Assembly: GCA_951406725.2 (NCBI GenBank)
Contig: OX597816.1
Location: 18,600,001-18,664,000 of the forward strand
Direction: 5' to 3'
Source: Octopus vulgaris
Taxonomy: Eukaryota
Length of the DNA stretch: 64,000 bases
In this document: positions 29,299 to 41,721 of the stretch, piece by piece
Layout of the letters: every line of letters begins with the position of its first letter
Numbering within the stretch: position 1 is the first letter of the stretch
Notes under the pieces: generated by a model
What the model was told of the DNA's origin: nothing
The model's database searches: none
Seen by the model: the letters and a program-made list of their open reading frames with translations, nothing else
Made by a program: the position numbers and the translations under genes

Positions 29299-29697
29299 AA
29301 GGGCTTAGTAAAATAAATTACTTTGCCGCATACTGAACTCATTAGAAATAGCAGCTAAAAAAAACTTTTTTAAAACTATTTCCAATACTTAAAAAAAATC
29401 TCTCTCATATAGTGCTTGTTCAATTCAACTCACGAAAGTATGAGGGTAGTTGAATTGAATTTCGTGAGTTGAATTGAACAAGCACTATATGAGAGAGATT
29501 TTCTTTAAGTATTGGAAATAGTTTTAAAAAAGTTTTTTTTAGCTGCTATTTCTAATGAGTTCAGTATGCGGCAAAGTAATTTATTTTACTAAGCCCTTTT
29601 ATATAATGTAATAATTTGAATTCGCCTTAAATGGTCCCTTTGCATACTGAATACTTGGTGAAATTGATTAATTAATTAATTTTACCCTCAATTGTTG

Positions 29698-29702
<5 letters not shown>
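29291..29702. mobile_element. Fold-back element in (TA)n (147-bp arms, 22-bp spacer, 95-bp extra tail)
   Basis: Arms 29291-29437/29460-29607; shares CTCAYTAGAAATAGCAGCYAA with the 40.1-kb element. Confidence 0.85.
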
Positions 29703-29756
<54 letters not shown>

Positions 29757-30769
29757 TTTTATATACATATCTGTGTATGAGTGTATGTGTACATATATAT
29801 ATATATATAAAGGCGGTGTTCCAGCATGGCCTCAGTCAAATGACTGAAACAAGTAAAAGAATAAAAGAATAAAGAATATATATATATATATATATATTGG
29901 CCTGCTCGCTTAGCCAGCGGGGTGGCGTCATTCGAAGGCTAACACAATGCGAACGCAGTGTGACCAGCGATGTGTAACTACATCTGAAGGACTGGTCGGT
30001 CACGTGATGTTATATATATATACATACATACATATACTTATATATGTGTGGGTGTTTTGTATATTGAGATAATTATCATTATTGTTGTTGTTGCAGTCGT
30101 CATCTACTATAGCCTCGGGACGACCAAATCTTTGTGAGCGGATTTGGTTGAAGGAAACTGCACGGAACCCTTTGTATACACCTATATATTTGTGTGCGTG
30201 CTTTGCTCCTCTGCTTTTACCCTCCCTAGTCACATCTTGACACTCGGTATTGTGTTTACGTCCCTGTAATGACTAAAACATCCCTAGAAGGAGGTTCTCT
30301 CGCATGTCCGCAGACAAACGACCGAAACAAATAAAGTATCTAAGCATATAGAGATATACATGAAAATATTTTAATATCTTATATTTATAACACTATCTGT
30401 AATATGTGCGTGTGTTTAGGAATGAATGAATTTTGATTAGCAGTCTTTATACTTGTAAATTACTTCTTCAAATGCAAAATTCAACATTGTATTATGTTGG
30501 TGATTAAATCAAATCAAACACTAATGTTTTCATATTATATGACCTCCATATTGATCTCTTAGATTTAGTAAAATTCGTTAGTTGCAAATTTTCTGCCGAT
30601 CGTTGGAATACTAACGGCTTCATTTGAGATTGCCTAAAATTCAAAGATCTGTTCAGATTTATATCCATGCTTTGCAATCTACTAAGTACAAAATATTTTA
30701 ATTATATTTCCAGCAGACATATGCGTCAAGAACGTAAACATCTTATGTAATAATAAGCCAAGATATATC

Positions 30770-30972
30770 ACAATGGCGGAAGGAAATTGAAATAGAATGC
30801 TCGGATAGAGCTCTCCTACTGAAAGTTTGCCAGTTAGGGACAGCAATGATTACCAGGAGGGTTCTAAAGACTGCCGAAAACGTGTGGATACCGGTAGAAA
30901 CCCGCTACCCACATATATCCTACAAGGAATAAGACCAAACTAGAGCTTTGATTCAAGTCTCAATATACATTC

Positions 30973-30975
<3 letters not shown>
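30770..30975 (+). mobile_element. 3' end of an R4-like LINE
   Basis: LLLKVCQLGTAMITRRVL resembles the IQKIALLGTAHILRRTL C-terminus at ~5715-5770; related to 55985-56182. Confidence 0.55.
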
Positions 30976-31031
<56 letters not shown>

Positions 31032-31037
31032 TATGCA

Positions 31038-31129
<92 letters not shown>

Positions 31130-32151
31130 AATCTATCTATTTATACACACATAAATACACACACAAGCACAAACACACACTAATCAAAAGAGGACAAAGA
31201 AAATACTTTAACTCAATTATATACTAATAATAATTAAATAAATGTACATATCTAAATTATCATTAACAACTAAAATAATTATAGATTCAAATTTAACCAT
31301 CAATAGTTATATAGAATACAATAATATTTCTTAAATAAAAAAGTTATATGTCTTCTTGGGGGTTAAATGGCAGTATCATCGTTTCTTAACAGAAAGGCAT
31401 ATTTAAGTGACCATAAGCAATACGTTTTGGTTTAAATACTGTTTTGATCTAGAACAGATATTTTCTAACGAACTATACATGCATGTCCATATGCACATAT
31501 ACGTCTTCACATGCAAGTGAACATTAATATGTATTTATTACAAAATGCAATACATTTTTCTTAGTAGTCACAGGGTATACTTTTCAAAAAGTAGAGAGTC
31601 GCACATTTGAACCACACAACGTTTCGATAACTCAAGAATCATTCTCTTAAGTACGTTATAATGCCAATTTCCTAATCGTGCATCGAACTTCACTATTTTT
31701 CGAGACATTGTTACTCGAAAAGAAATCATGCATGAAGTGTTTATGTGTGAAATTATAGTCGATATTTGAAGTCAGATTTTGAGTCTTAGAGACAGGTATC
31801 ATTGCATTTACACCCCAAGATATTGATGATCTATGTTCAAAAGAACTGATGCCTCATACGGATATGCATTCACTCACCACCTCTATATTCCGGATGTACT
31901 GCTTTTACAAATTTCATTTCAATAATTATTAAAAGTGTTTCTTTAGATCATTGCAAAGTAAAAGCATACAGTGATGTCCAACTAACACACATGACGTCTT
32001 TCATTAATTGGCAATTCGCCATTCAACTGGGCGAATATGATAGAAATGTTGATACGATTGTTGGGCAACCAGATTACAGACGAATGTAGAATGAATTCGA
32101 CTACAATGCTAGTCAACGCTAAACGGTTATTTCGGAGAATTCAGAAGAGAG

Positions 32152-32309
32152 TATTCTGTTGTGTGTGGGGAGAGTGTCATTTTATTTTTATGCCTTATAA
32201 TGTAACACACGCACCGGTAAAAATTCCACTTAAGTGTAAATTTTACCGGTGAGTGTGTTACATTATAAGGCACAAAAAGAAAATGACTCTCCCCAGACGC
32301 AACAGAATA
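32152..32309. mobile_element. 158-bp palindromic hairpin MITE
   Basis: TATTCTGTTG..GGGGAGAGT..GCCTTATAATGTAACACAC.CACCGGTAAAA and its reverse complement; centre CACTTAAGTG. Confidence 0.8.
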
Positions 32310-34479
32310 TGATTTATCACACTAACTCATATAAAGAATCTTGCAAACCATATCCAAAAACGAAAGAAGAGAAGTAATTTTTCACTTATCTGGCAGATTT
32401 TAAGCATGGCAAATAGTATAGCACAATGGATATGAGAGAAATGAGGAAGTACACAGCTCGTAATCTAGATACTGACTATAACTAACTTGCATTCTGTAAG
32501 GGGTCCCTGGTCAGGGAATTCCAGTCTCTTTGAGAAGTATGAAATCACTTCTTAGCCACAATTCTTCTTAAGTTTAACTAGTTAATTAGCATGTCATTTA
32601 ATTGCCTCCGGAACAAGGCTGTTGACAGACGCCGAAGAGGCCTCAGAGCAGCTGAGGCCCTTCAGCCATTTAGATACTCATCTAAGATTAGGCAACTCCA
32701 TAGAAATCTTTCATCCTGATACCTACTGATCTCGTGGGACGCGTTGCCATAGACCAAAAGAAGTTTGAAGGTCGAGAGAATGGGATTAGCTCTGCAGAAA
32801 TTATATAATAATACATTCCGGACACTTTCTAGGGTAATTTATTAAGCGTTTAGATATAAGGCTAATGGAGTAAAACCCCTACAGAAAACCCCGAGGAAGA
32901 GACTCTAAGCAAGATATGTCAAATTATTCTCAACCAATATTTGACATCTGTTGCCGCTTCATGGATGCTGCCAGCATATTCGCTCGTCCTTCCTACGTGA
33001 CGCATTGCAAAAAATTAAGAAAAAATACATTGAACATTATGGTGTCTGCTTTAAGATAAACGGCAAGGGATGGAACGCTTTTCATCATATGTTTGCTTTA
33101 CGTAAGACTACTTGTAGCAACACATCGATAGTAAACAGATTTCCGAAACCATTAATTTCAGCATTCTGGTATTTGACATTGTAGCAGCTGAATGCTTAAA
33201 CAATCTCTGAATTGCATTTTTTCTTGGTTTTACTTATTCGCTTTTGTTCTCAAGTAAATTTACGATATTGTTTTGAGCGTTGTTGTAAGTATTTTGCTTT
33301 CTAACCGTTTGTCTCTAACCTGTTTGCATTTTTAATGTGTCATTTGTTTCTCTCAGGATTACATTAACAATCCAATATTATTATCGGAATTCCATTGTTC
33401 ATGCAGCTGTATGCTACAATCATCTCTACAACTTGCGGCTGATTGATGCCAAAACAGTACTTTTCCTCCATTATTTAGCTGCATGCATTTACAAAATGTT
33501 TTAGCAAATGCTAGAATTCAACAAAATCGTATGATATATTGAATCAAAAAGTGTTTCTGTTATTATTCAATGCATTATATTACAATCATTCTTTTTACTG
33601 TTAATGTCTATTCCTTGCTACAATTATTTAATATCGTACTAATACTACCTGTGCAATATTGGATACAGATGTATAATATCGATCTCAATGTGACGAATGA
33701 ATACGAATACGTTTTCGATATTTGTAATGATACAATCATTATGATTTCACACACAGAAAATAAATAAATTAATTAATCGGAGGTCAATACAAAGATAACC
33801 ATTTCTAATAACCTGCACAAACGAAAGAACAAATATACATTTATTCATCAATGCCTGGTTTTCCTTTACTTTTCATACCAAAGAAACAATTTAAAAGTCT
33901 ACATTTACCGTAGAGAGCTTTCATCAAGAGAGATTTCAGCCACGAATAAACCCATTCATATTTCAACTTTTGTACATCAAGAGTTACATTATCTGAAGTG
34001 TTCTGATATTTTTCAAGATTGTAAGGAACGATATGACAGGCATTTTGCTGTTACAACGCACTCTTTAGTGGGCTATTTATAAATATTTGAGACACAATAG
34101 ATGCCAGAAAGGCGATTACTAGATGAGGGCTTCACAACCGGGAAATATGTCACAATATCTTTAACATGATAAATATAATATTATCAATAACATACCGAAT
34201 TTTAAAATGAAGATATTTTCCCAGCGTAATCAACATTATTACAACGGTCTAGAACATGTGTGCCTACATTGTCAACCAAACTTTGGAAAATGTGAGTGAA
34301 ATTTCCATCGTATCGGTATTCACTGCTGCACTCAAGATTTTAAAGGGTTGTTCTGGGCAGGATGAGTACGGTTTTTTTTTCATAACAATTGTCTCAAAAT
34401 CTATAGGCACAATTTAAAAAAAAATCTGTCTTTCTACAACATGCGCATTTCATGAAATTTAGGTGATTAGTCCTCGACT

Positions 34480-35005
34480 TCAGTGCTCAAGTGGTGCTTG
34501 TTTTAACGACATTGAAAGGAAGAAAATTAAAGTTGACCTTGGACATTTGAATGTAAAACGTAAGGACAGACGAAATGTCGCATATAATACCTATTTCTTT
34601 ACTACCGACAAGGGGCTAAACGTAGAGGGGACAAACAAAGACAGAAAAACAGATGAAGTCGATTACATCGACCCCAGTAGTAACTGGTACTTAAATTATG
34701 GACCCCGAAAGGATGAAAGGCAAAGTCGACCTCGCTGGAATTTGAACTCAGAACGCAGCGGCAGACGAAATACCTATTTATTTACTACCCGCAAGGGGCT
34801 AAACACAGATGGAACAAGCAAGGACACACAAACGGATTAAGTCGTTTACATCGACCCAGTGCTTAACTGGTACTTAATTTATCGACCCCGAAAAGATGAA
34901 TGCCAATGTCCGCCTCGGCGGAATTTGAACTCAGACCGTAACGGCAGACGAAATACGAGTTGCCATTTCACCCAGCGTGCTAACGTTTCTGCCAGGTCAC
35001 CGCCT
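34480..35005 (-). mobile_element. SINE family B, tandem units
   Basis: Two ~185-bp units plus a diverged third unit. Confidence 0.85.
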
Positions 35006-36191
35006 TAAAAAAAACACACACAATTTAATACAAGTATGAAATCATTAGTTAACGCGAAAATGCACTTACCTACAATGATAGGATAAGTCGAGATGACATA
35101 CTCTATTCCTTTCGATATTTCTAAACTGAAATATATGCCTGAACCAAATTCGTTAAATTTGCTAGTAACCGTTTGATGTCTTATGAAATAAAATGCTATT
35201 TATTACTATTTGAATTACTCTAACAATATATAATAAATTTGAAAATAGGATATATTTGACGTGAAATACAATACAATAGCATAAACGTCTCCCTAACAGA
35301 TGAAGATTAATCTCAACTGATATTAAATTTTATTCCTAGATTGTCATGAAAGCGTATAACCACCGACCGTTGGTAATTATTCCGGATACATAGAGTAGAT
35401 AACTCATAGTTTAATATTATATTCAATCTTTTAAATATATACTAATCAATTTCGGTTGCATAAATGTCATTCATTATAAATATCAACCATTTATATATAA
35501 ATCGCTCCCAGTCGACTTACTAGATATATCGGGCAAATGTCCAGCCCATTATCAACTTCAATGGAAATATAATAGATGTGTACTTGTGAGTTCACAGTTT
35601 TTAAAACATATTGCATAAGAGTATTGGCTGGAATGCCTTTGATCGTTTTCTGTTCCATTAGACTTCATATGAGGCTAAACAAGTGCAACAAACAGAAACA
35701 GTGCAAGGACCGGTCTTATGTGATACAACTATTTTTTACTATATATGTTCAATTTAACGGTCAATGAATTCGTACGAAATGCCAATATTTTATGCTAGAC
35801 CAGTATAATGTATTTTTAACATTGGCGATGTCGATCGTAGATAATTTTTGTTTGAAAACTGTGTATAAAATACAAATGCAACAAGTAATTATTTTCGTTT
35901 TTATATATTAACAAAATTATATATGCTGCTTTATTAGGGTTCGAATATAAATGCATGTTCCGTGGCAGCAACTGTGGACATGTTCGCTTTGCAAGACCTC
36001 CTGTATCATAAATATCTTTTGCAGTAAGGAAGCGATGCATTGGGACCCAAATTACACAATGAAATATAAGCTAAACTATTACACTTTTCAGATATGCATT
36101 TGTGTATGTCTCAATGGTGTTTATGATGAGAGAAGATATGTCATTTCCATTTATTACTCGTTGGTGCCTAACAAAGTGAACATGTGTCAAC

Positions 36192-37020
36192 GCAGCGAGC
36201 TGGCAGAAACGGTAGCAAGTCGGGCGAAATGCTTAACAGTATTTCGTCTACCATTACGTTCTGAGTTCAAATTCCGCCGATGTCGACTTTACCTTTCATC
36301 CTCTCGGGGTCGATACATTGAGGACCAGTTACACACTGGGGTCGATATAATCGACTTAATCCGTTTTTCTGTCTTTGTTTGTCCCTTCTGTGTTTAGCCC
36401 CTTGTGGGTAGTAAAGTAATAGAAATAGGTATTTCGTCTGTTGTTACGTTCTGGGTTCAAATTCCGCCGACGTCGACTTTGCCTTTCATCGTTTCAGGGT
36501 CGATAAATTAAGTACCAGTTTCGTACTGGGGTCGATATAATCGACTTAATCTGTTTGTCTGTCCTTGTTTGCCACCCATATGTTTAGCCCCTTGTGGGTA
36601 GTAAAGAAATAGAAATAGGTATTTCGTCTGTTGTTACGTTCTGGGTTCAAATTCCGCCGAGGTCGACTTTGCCTTTCATCCTTTCGGGGTAGATTAAATA
36701 AGTACCAGTTACGCACTAGGGTCGATATAATCGACTTAATCCGTTTGTCTGTCCTTGTTTGTCTCCTCTATGTTTAGTCCCTTGTGGGCAATAAAGAAAT
36801 AAGCACCGTTAGTACGCCGGGCGAAATGATTTGTGGTATTTCGTCCGCCGCTGCTTTCTGAGTTCAAATTCCGCCGAGGTCGACATTGCCTTTCATCCCT
36901 TCTGGATTGTTAAATTAAGTACCAGTTACGCACTGAGGTCGATGTAATCGACTTAATTCCTATGTCTTTCCTTGTTTGTCCCCTTTGTGTTTAGCCCATT
37001 GTGGGCAATAAAGAAATAAA
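36192..37020 (+). mobile_element. SINE family B, four tandem units
   Basis: Units start at ~36192, 36428, 36618 and 36802; imperfect flanking repeat GTGAACATGT. Confidence 0.9.
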
Positions 37021-37323
37021 AGGTGAACATGTATATCAAGCTTGCTGTTTTGCCTTTTTCACCACAACTACTAACTGATTATTTTCTCCTTTGTAGTCAA
37101 ATACACTGCAACTCCATGACGACCGTAGAGCCCTGCAATAGGAATAATTAAGATCTGCTTAATGTCGATCATACTTGGAAGGTTTTATAAAAACCACCTT
37201 CAGAAAGACTAATAACTTATGCCACGATGTCTGAATGTTTCATAAATGTCTTTCAAGTCGGTAGCAAGCAGGCAGAATCGTAAGCCCACCGGATAAATTG
37301 CTTAACGGTAAATTTTCCGGCAA

Positions 37324-37554
37324 AGCGGCGAGCTAGCAGAAGCGTTAGCACACCGGGCGAAATGCTTTGCGGTACTTCGTCTGCTGTTACGTTGTGAGTT
37401 CAAATTCCGCCGAGGTCGACTTTGCCTTTCATCCTTTCGGGGTCGATAAATTAAGTACCAGTTACGCCCTGGGGTCGATGTAATCGACATAATACCTATG
37501 TCTGTCCTTGTTTGTCCCCTCTATATTTAGCCCCTTGTGGGTAATAAAGAAATA
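37324..37554 (+). mobile_element. SINE family B monomer inserted in an older B-type head
   Basis: 17-bp TSD GGTAAATTTTCCGGCAA (37307-37323/37555-37571). Confidence 0.9.
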
Positions 37555-37944
37555 GGTAAATTTTCCGGCAATACTTGCTTCTTGCTTTCTTTGTGCACTT
37601 GCATGATGAGACTAGAATCACCCTAGGGTAGTGGTCCCGCAAACATCCTCATTCGTAGAACCAACCAGGTCCACACTTCTCTCCATCACCGAGTCGAATT
37701 TTACTTTCGTCAATTCAGGGCCTATAAAAGAAATACGAGTTAAGCTCTGCGATCGATATAATCGACTAGCCTCTTCCCCAAAACCTCAGAGGTTGACCTA
37801 CATTCGAACCGATTAATATCTATCGACTTTCATTTTCTTGCTCTTCGCTTCAGTTTGACTCAACTCTCTTCAAATTTCTTGGCGTCATTAAATGTATTAT
37901 TTATACACATTTTTTCAGTTACATTTACTTTTCGCATAAAAACG

Positions 37945-38185
37945 AGGCACGTTGCTTAGTGGTTAGAGTGTTGGAGTCATGATCGTAAGATTGCAGTTTC
38001 GATTCCTGGAACGGGCAACGTGTTGTGTTCTTGAGCAAAACACTTCATTTCGCGTTGCTCCAGTCTACTCAGCTGGCACAAATGTGTAGTCGTGCGATGG
38101 ACTAGCATCCAGTCCAGGGGGAAATATATTCACCGTGGAAACCGGGAAACAAGTCCTATGAGTCTATATGACACAAGAAGGAAAT
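37945..38185 (+). mobile_element. SINE, head D with tail 2
   Basis: Similar to 9968-10210. Confidence 0.8.
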
Positions 38186-38395
38186 TTACTACGATAAGGA
38201 TTTCTGTGGTGTATGGTCAGACATACGGCAGTCTATTGCTGAGATTATGGGATTTTAAGAATAAAGTTCACCGTCGGAATAAAAGAAGTGATCTACTTCC
38301 GCTTCAAATGTTTAAATAAACGGCTGTATACCCGGCACAATCTTGACTTTAGGGCATACTATCGCACGACTCCAAGTATTTCTGACTGGTACATA

Positions 38396-38460
<65 letters not shown>

Positions 38461-38465
38461 GTCTA

Positions 38466-38530
<65 letters not shown>

Positions 38531-38983
38531 TTATCTATCTATCTATCTACCTATCTATCTCTCCGTTTGTCTGTCTGTCTACACATATATGCACACGTAG
38601 ACAGACAAGCGCATATACACTAATATGCACAATCACACGCAGACACGTGCGTGCGCACACACTTGTTTACAAAGAGACCGAAATTTCAAAGCCACTGTTA
38701 TCCATTTTCTTGAAATTTTACAAAAGGAAAGCTCTGTATAGAAACAAACATTCATATGTGTGTACATATGTACATACATATTTACCTCTGTACACATATA
38801 GTAGTTGTTAAGTTGTTGGAAAACTAGTGATACAGTCAACGAGTCGATTGCTGTAAAGAGCGACGTGTTGTGCATTTCAGTAAGGTACATCATATCTTAT
38901 TCCAGTGAACCCAGTTAAATTTCAAAGCAGTTGAGTGCTGGGGTAACCGCCACTCTGTCTTCAGCTTTCATATGCCAAAGACG

Positions 38984-39367
38984 TGGAGGCACAATGGCCC
39001 AGTGGTTAGGGCAGCGGACTTGCGCTCATAGGATCGTGGTTTTGATTCCCAGACCGGGCGTTGTGAGTGTTTATTGAGCGAAAACACCTAAAGCTCCACG
39101 AGTCTCCGGCAGGGGATTGTGGTGATCCCTGCTGTACTCTTTCACCACAACTTTCTCTCACTCTTACTTCCTGTTTCTGTTGTACCTGTATTTCAAAGGG
39201 GCCGGCCTTGTCACTCTCTGTGTCACGCTGAATATCCCCGAGAACTACGTTAAGGGTACACGTGTCTGTGGAGTGCTCAGCCACTTACACGTTAATTTCA
39301 CAAGCAGGCTCTTCCGTTGATTCGGATCAACCGAAACCCTCGTCGTCGTAACTGACGGAGTGCTTCC
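38984..39367 (+). mobile_element. SINE, head C with tail 1, full length
   Basis: 11-bp TSD ATGCCAAAGAC (38972-38982/39368-39378). Confidence 0.92.
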
Positions 39368-39469
39368 ATGCCAAAGACATTGTTAAGATGTATAATATTA
39401 ACAATAAAAACAAATACGCGACAGATGGTAAAACTAATAAACGATATATCCTTGGGATTGACGATCTCA

Positions 39470-39521
<52 letters not shown>

Positions 39522-39522
<1 letters not shown>

Positions 39523-39945
39523 TTTAGAGATAGTAGACCCCTTAATCCCACCATATAAATGGATTTTAATTTAATTTAATATTTACTACTCATTTCTCTG
39601 CTACACTTGCTCCTTGAGGTTTTTCTACGGTTCCTTAAGCACGTAGTGTTTTACAGGAACCTTTCTTAAAATATATCCCCAAACATCAAGCCTCCAAATA
39701 ACTTTATCATAGTTCGATACCTTTATTTAGAGGATTGATGATTGGGTTACATTTTAAGAAAGGTTGCTGTAAAACACTACGTGCTTAAAGAGCCGTAAAA
39801 GAACCTCAAGAAACACGTGTAGCTGAGAAATGCGTAGTAAGTATTAACTTAAATTAAAATTCGTTTATATGGTGTGATGCAGGGGACTACTATCTCTAAA
39901 TAAAAAAAGAAATATATTTCCTCATCTTCATTCCCTAAAAAATAA
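39522..39945. mobile_element. Older fold-back element in (TA)n with a decayed hammerhead
   Basis: Diverged arms ~39522-39702/39724-39901; plus arm TTGATGA-TTGGGTT..AACCTCAA-GAAA-CACGTG-TA (39735-39821). Confidence 0.75.
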
Positions 39946-40213
39946 TATATATGTATATATATATATATATGTTATCAAATGGTAATCAAAAATATTACCA
40001 GTGGCCTAGCGTGTAAAAATTTAGTCAATAGATTATATATTATTCGCATAAATACAGTGTACACCATATATATATATATATATATATATACAAAAAAAAT
40101 ATAAGGAATGGCCATAATAGGACATTCGACTCACTAGAAATAGCAGCCAAACTGAAACTGCTAATAGTTGTAATTCTGAAATTGAAAGAGAAATAAAAAC
40201 GTTTACTCTTTCA

Positions 40214-40309
40214 TCTCTGGACTATGCATAGTTTCGGCATAATTTATATAAACAAATTAATTAAATTAAATTAAATTTATTTACAACTGGCGTGCCTCGT
40301 CAGCAGAGA
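40214..40309 (-). ncRNA. Type I hammerhead ribozyme
   Basis: Reverse-complement copy of 40523-40617 with all core bases intact. Confidence 0.8.
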
Positions 40310-40522
40310 AGCCAAGGACGAATATATATCCACGAGGCGATGGTAAGGAACCCTCAAGTCTATATGCCATAAATTTTCAAAATCTACTCCAATCGCGCGG
40401 TCTTCTCAGCAGCAAATATAAACTGCTGATTTAATTTCAAAATTAGCCAAAAATCATTAATTAATAAATATAAACGTAGCAAAACATTCTAGAAAAAAGT
40501 CGTCCTATATTCGTCCTTGGCT

Positions 40523-40617
40523 TCTCTGCTGACGAGGCACGCCAGTTGTAAATAAATTTAAATTGATTTAATTAATTTGTTTACTAAAGTTTGCCGAAAC
40601 TATGCATAGTCCAGAGA
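40523..40617 (+). ncRNA. Type I hammerhead ribozyme with extended loop II
   Basis: TCTCTG-CTGACGA-GGCA-(52 nt)-TGCC-GAAA-CTA-TGCA-TAG-TC-CAGAGA; palindromic ACTATGCATAGT; GUC site. Confidence 0.85.
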
Positions 40618-40830
40618 TGAAACGGTAAAGGTTTATTTTTTCTCTTTCAATTTCAGAATTACAACTAATAGCGGTTTGAGTTTGGCTGCTCTTTCTAGTG
40701 AGTCGAATGTCCTATTATGGCCATTCCTTATATTTTTGAATGTATATTATGTAGTCTTTGACTATCTTTTCCTTCTCACTGAACCGCTGGTAGCGGAGAA
40801 TTTTTTGCTACCCTTATATTTATTAATATA

Positions 40831-41300
<470 letters not shown>

Positions 41301-41342
41301 ACACACACACATATATATATATATACATATATATATATACAC

Positions 41343-41417
<75 letters not shown>

Positions 41418-41521
41418 GCGAGGCACGCAGCAGTTTGGCCATGGGCTCTTAGGAGCCTCGTTCGATTTGTTTTGCTCCGCCTCTGTTCTGTTTTTGCTTT
41501 TTCCAACGGATTTCCTATTTC

Positions 41522-41601
41522 TTCCTGAAGAGAAAGACACAATATGGTCTCCTTATTCAATCGGAATTTGGTAAATTGTGCCTTTCGAAACACGTGTAGA
41601 A
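41522..41601 (+). ncRNA. Type I hammerhead ribozyme in a ~240-bp element (41418-41658) bounded by (TA)n
   Basis: TTC-CTGAAGA-GAAAGACACAAT..ATTGTGCCTTTC-GAAA-CACGTG-TA-GAA, followed by AATAAA. Confidence 0.8.
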
Positions 41602-41656
41602 TGCAATAAAACGATTTCTGTTCAATCTTCGTTCAACTCCATTTCTTCAATTCACT

Positions 41657-41721
<65 letters not shown>

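Larger units (their letters stand above)
40093..40826. mobile_element. Fold-back PLE-derived element in (TA)n with two hammerheads
   Basis: Arms ~40095-40326/40506-40737, ~180-bp spacer, one-sided tail to 40826; same family as 46325-46648. Confidence 0.9.

Noticed and set aside
32490-32910. Possible decayed LINE fragment
   Set aside because: Too degenerate to assign.
36192-37020. Regular repeats resembling a CRISPR array
   Set aside because: Units are ~185-bp SINE copies without unique spacers; eukaryotic context and no cas genes.
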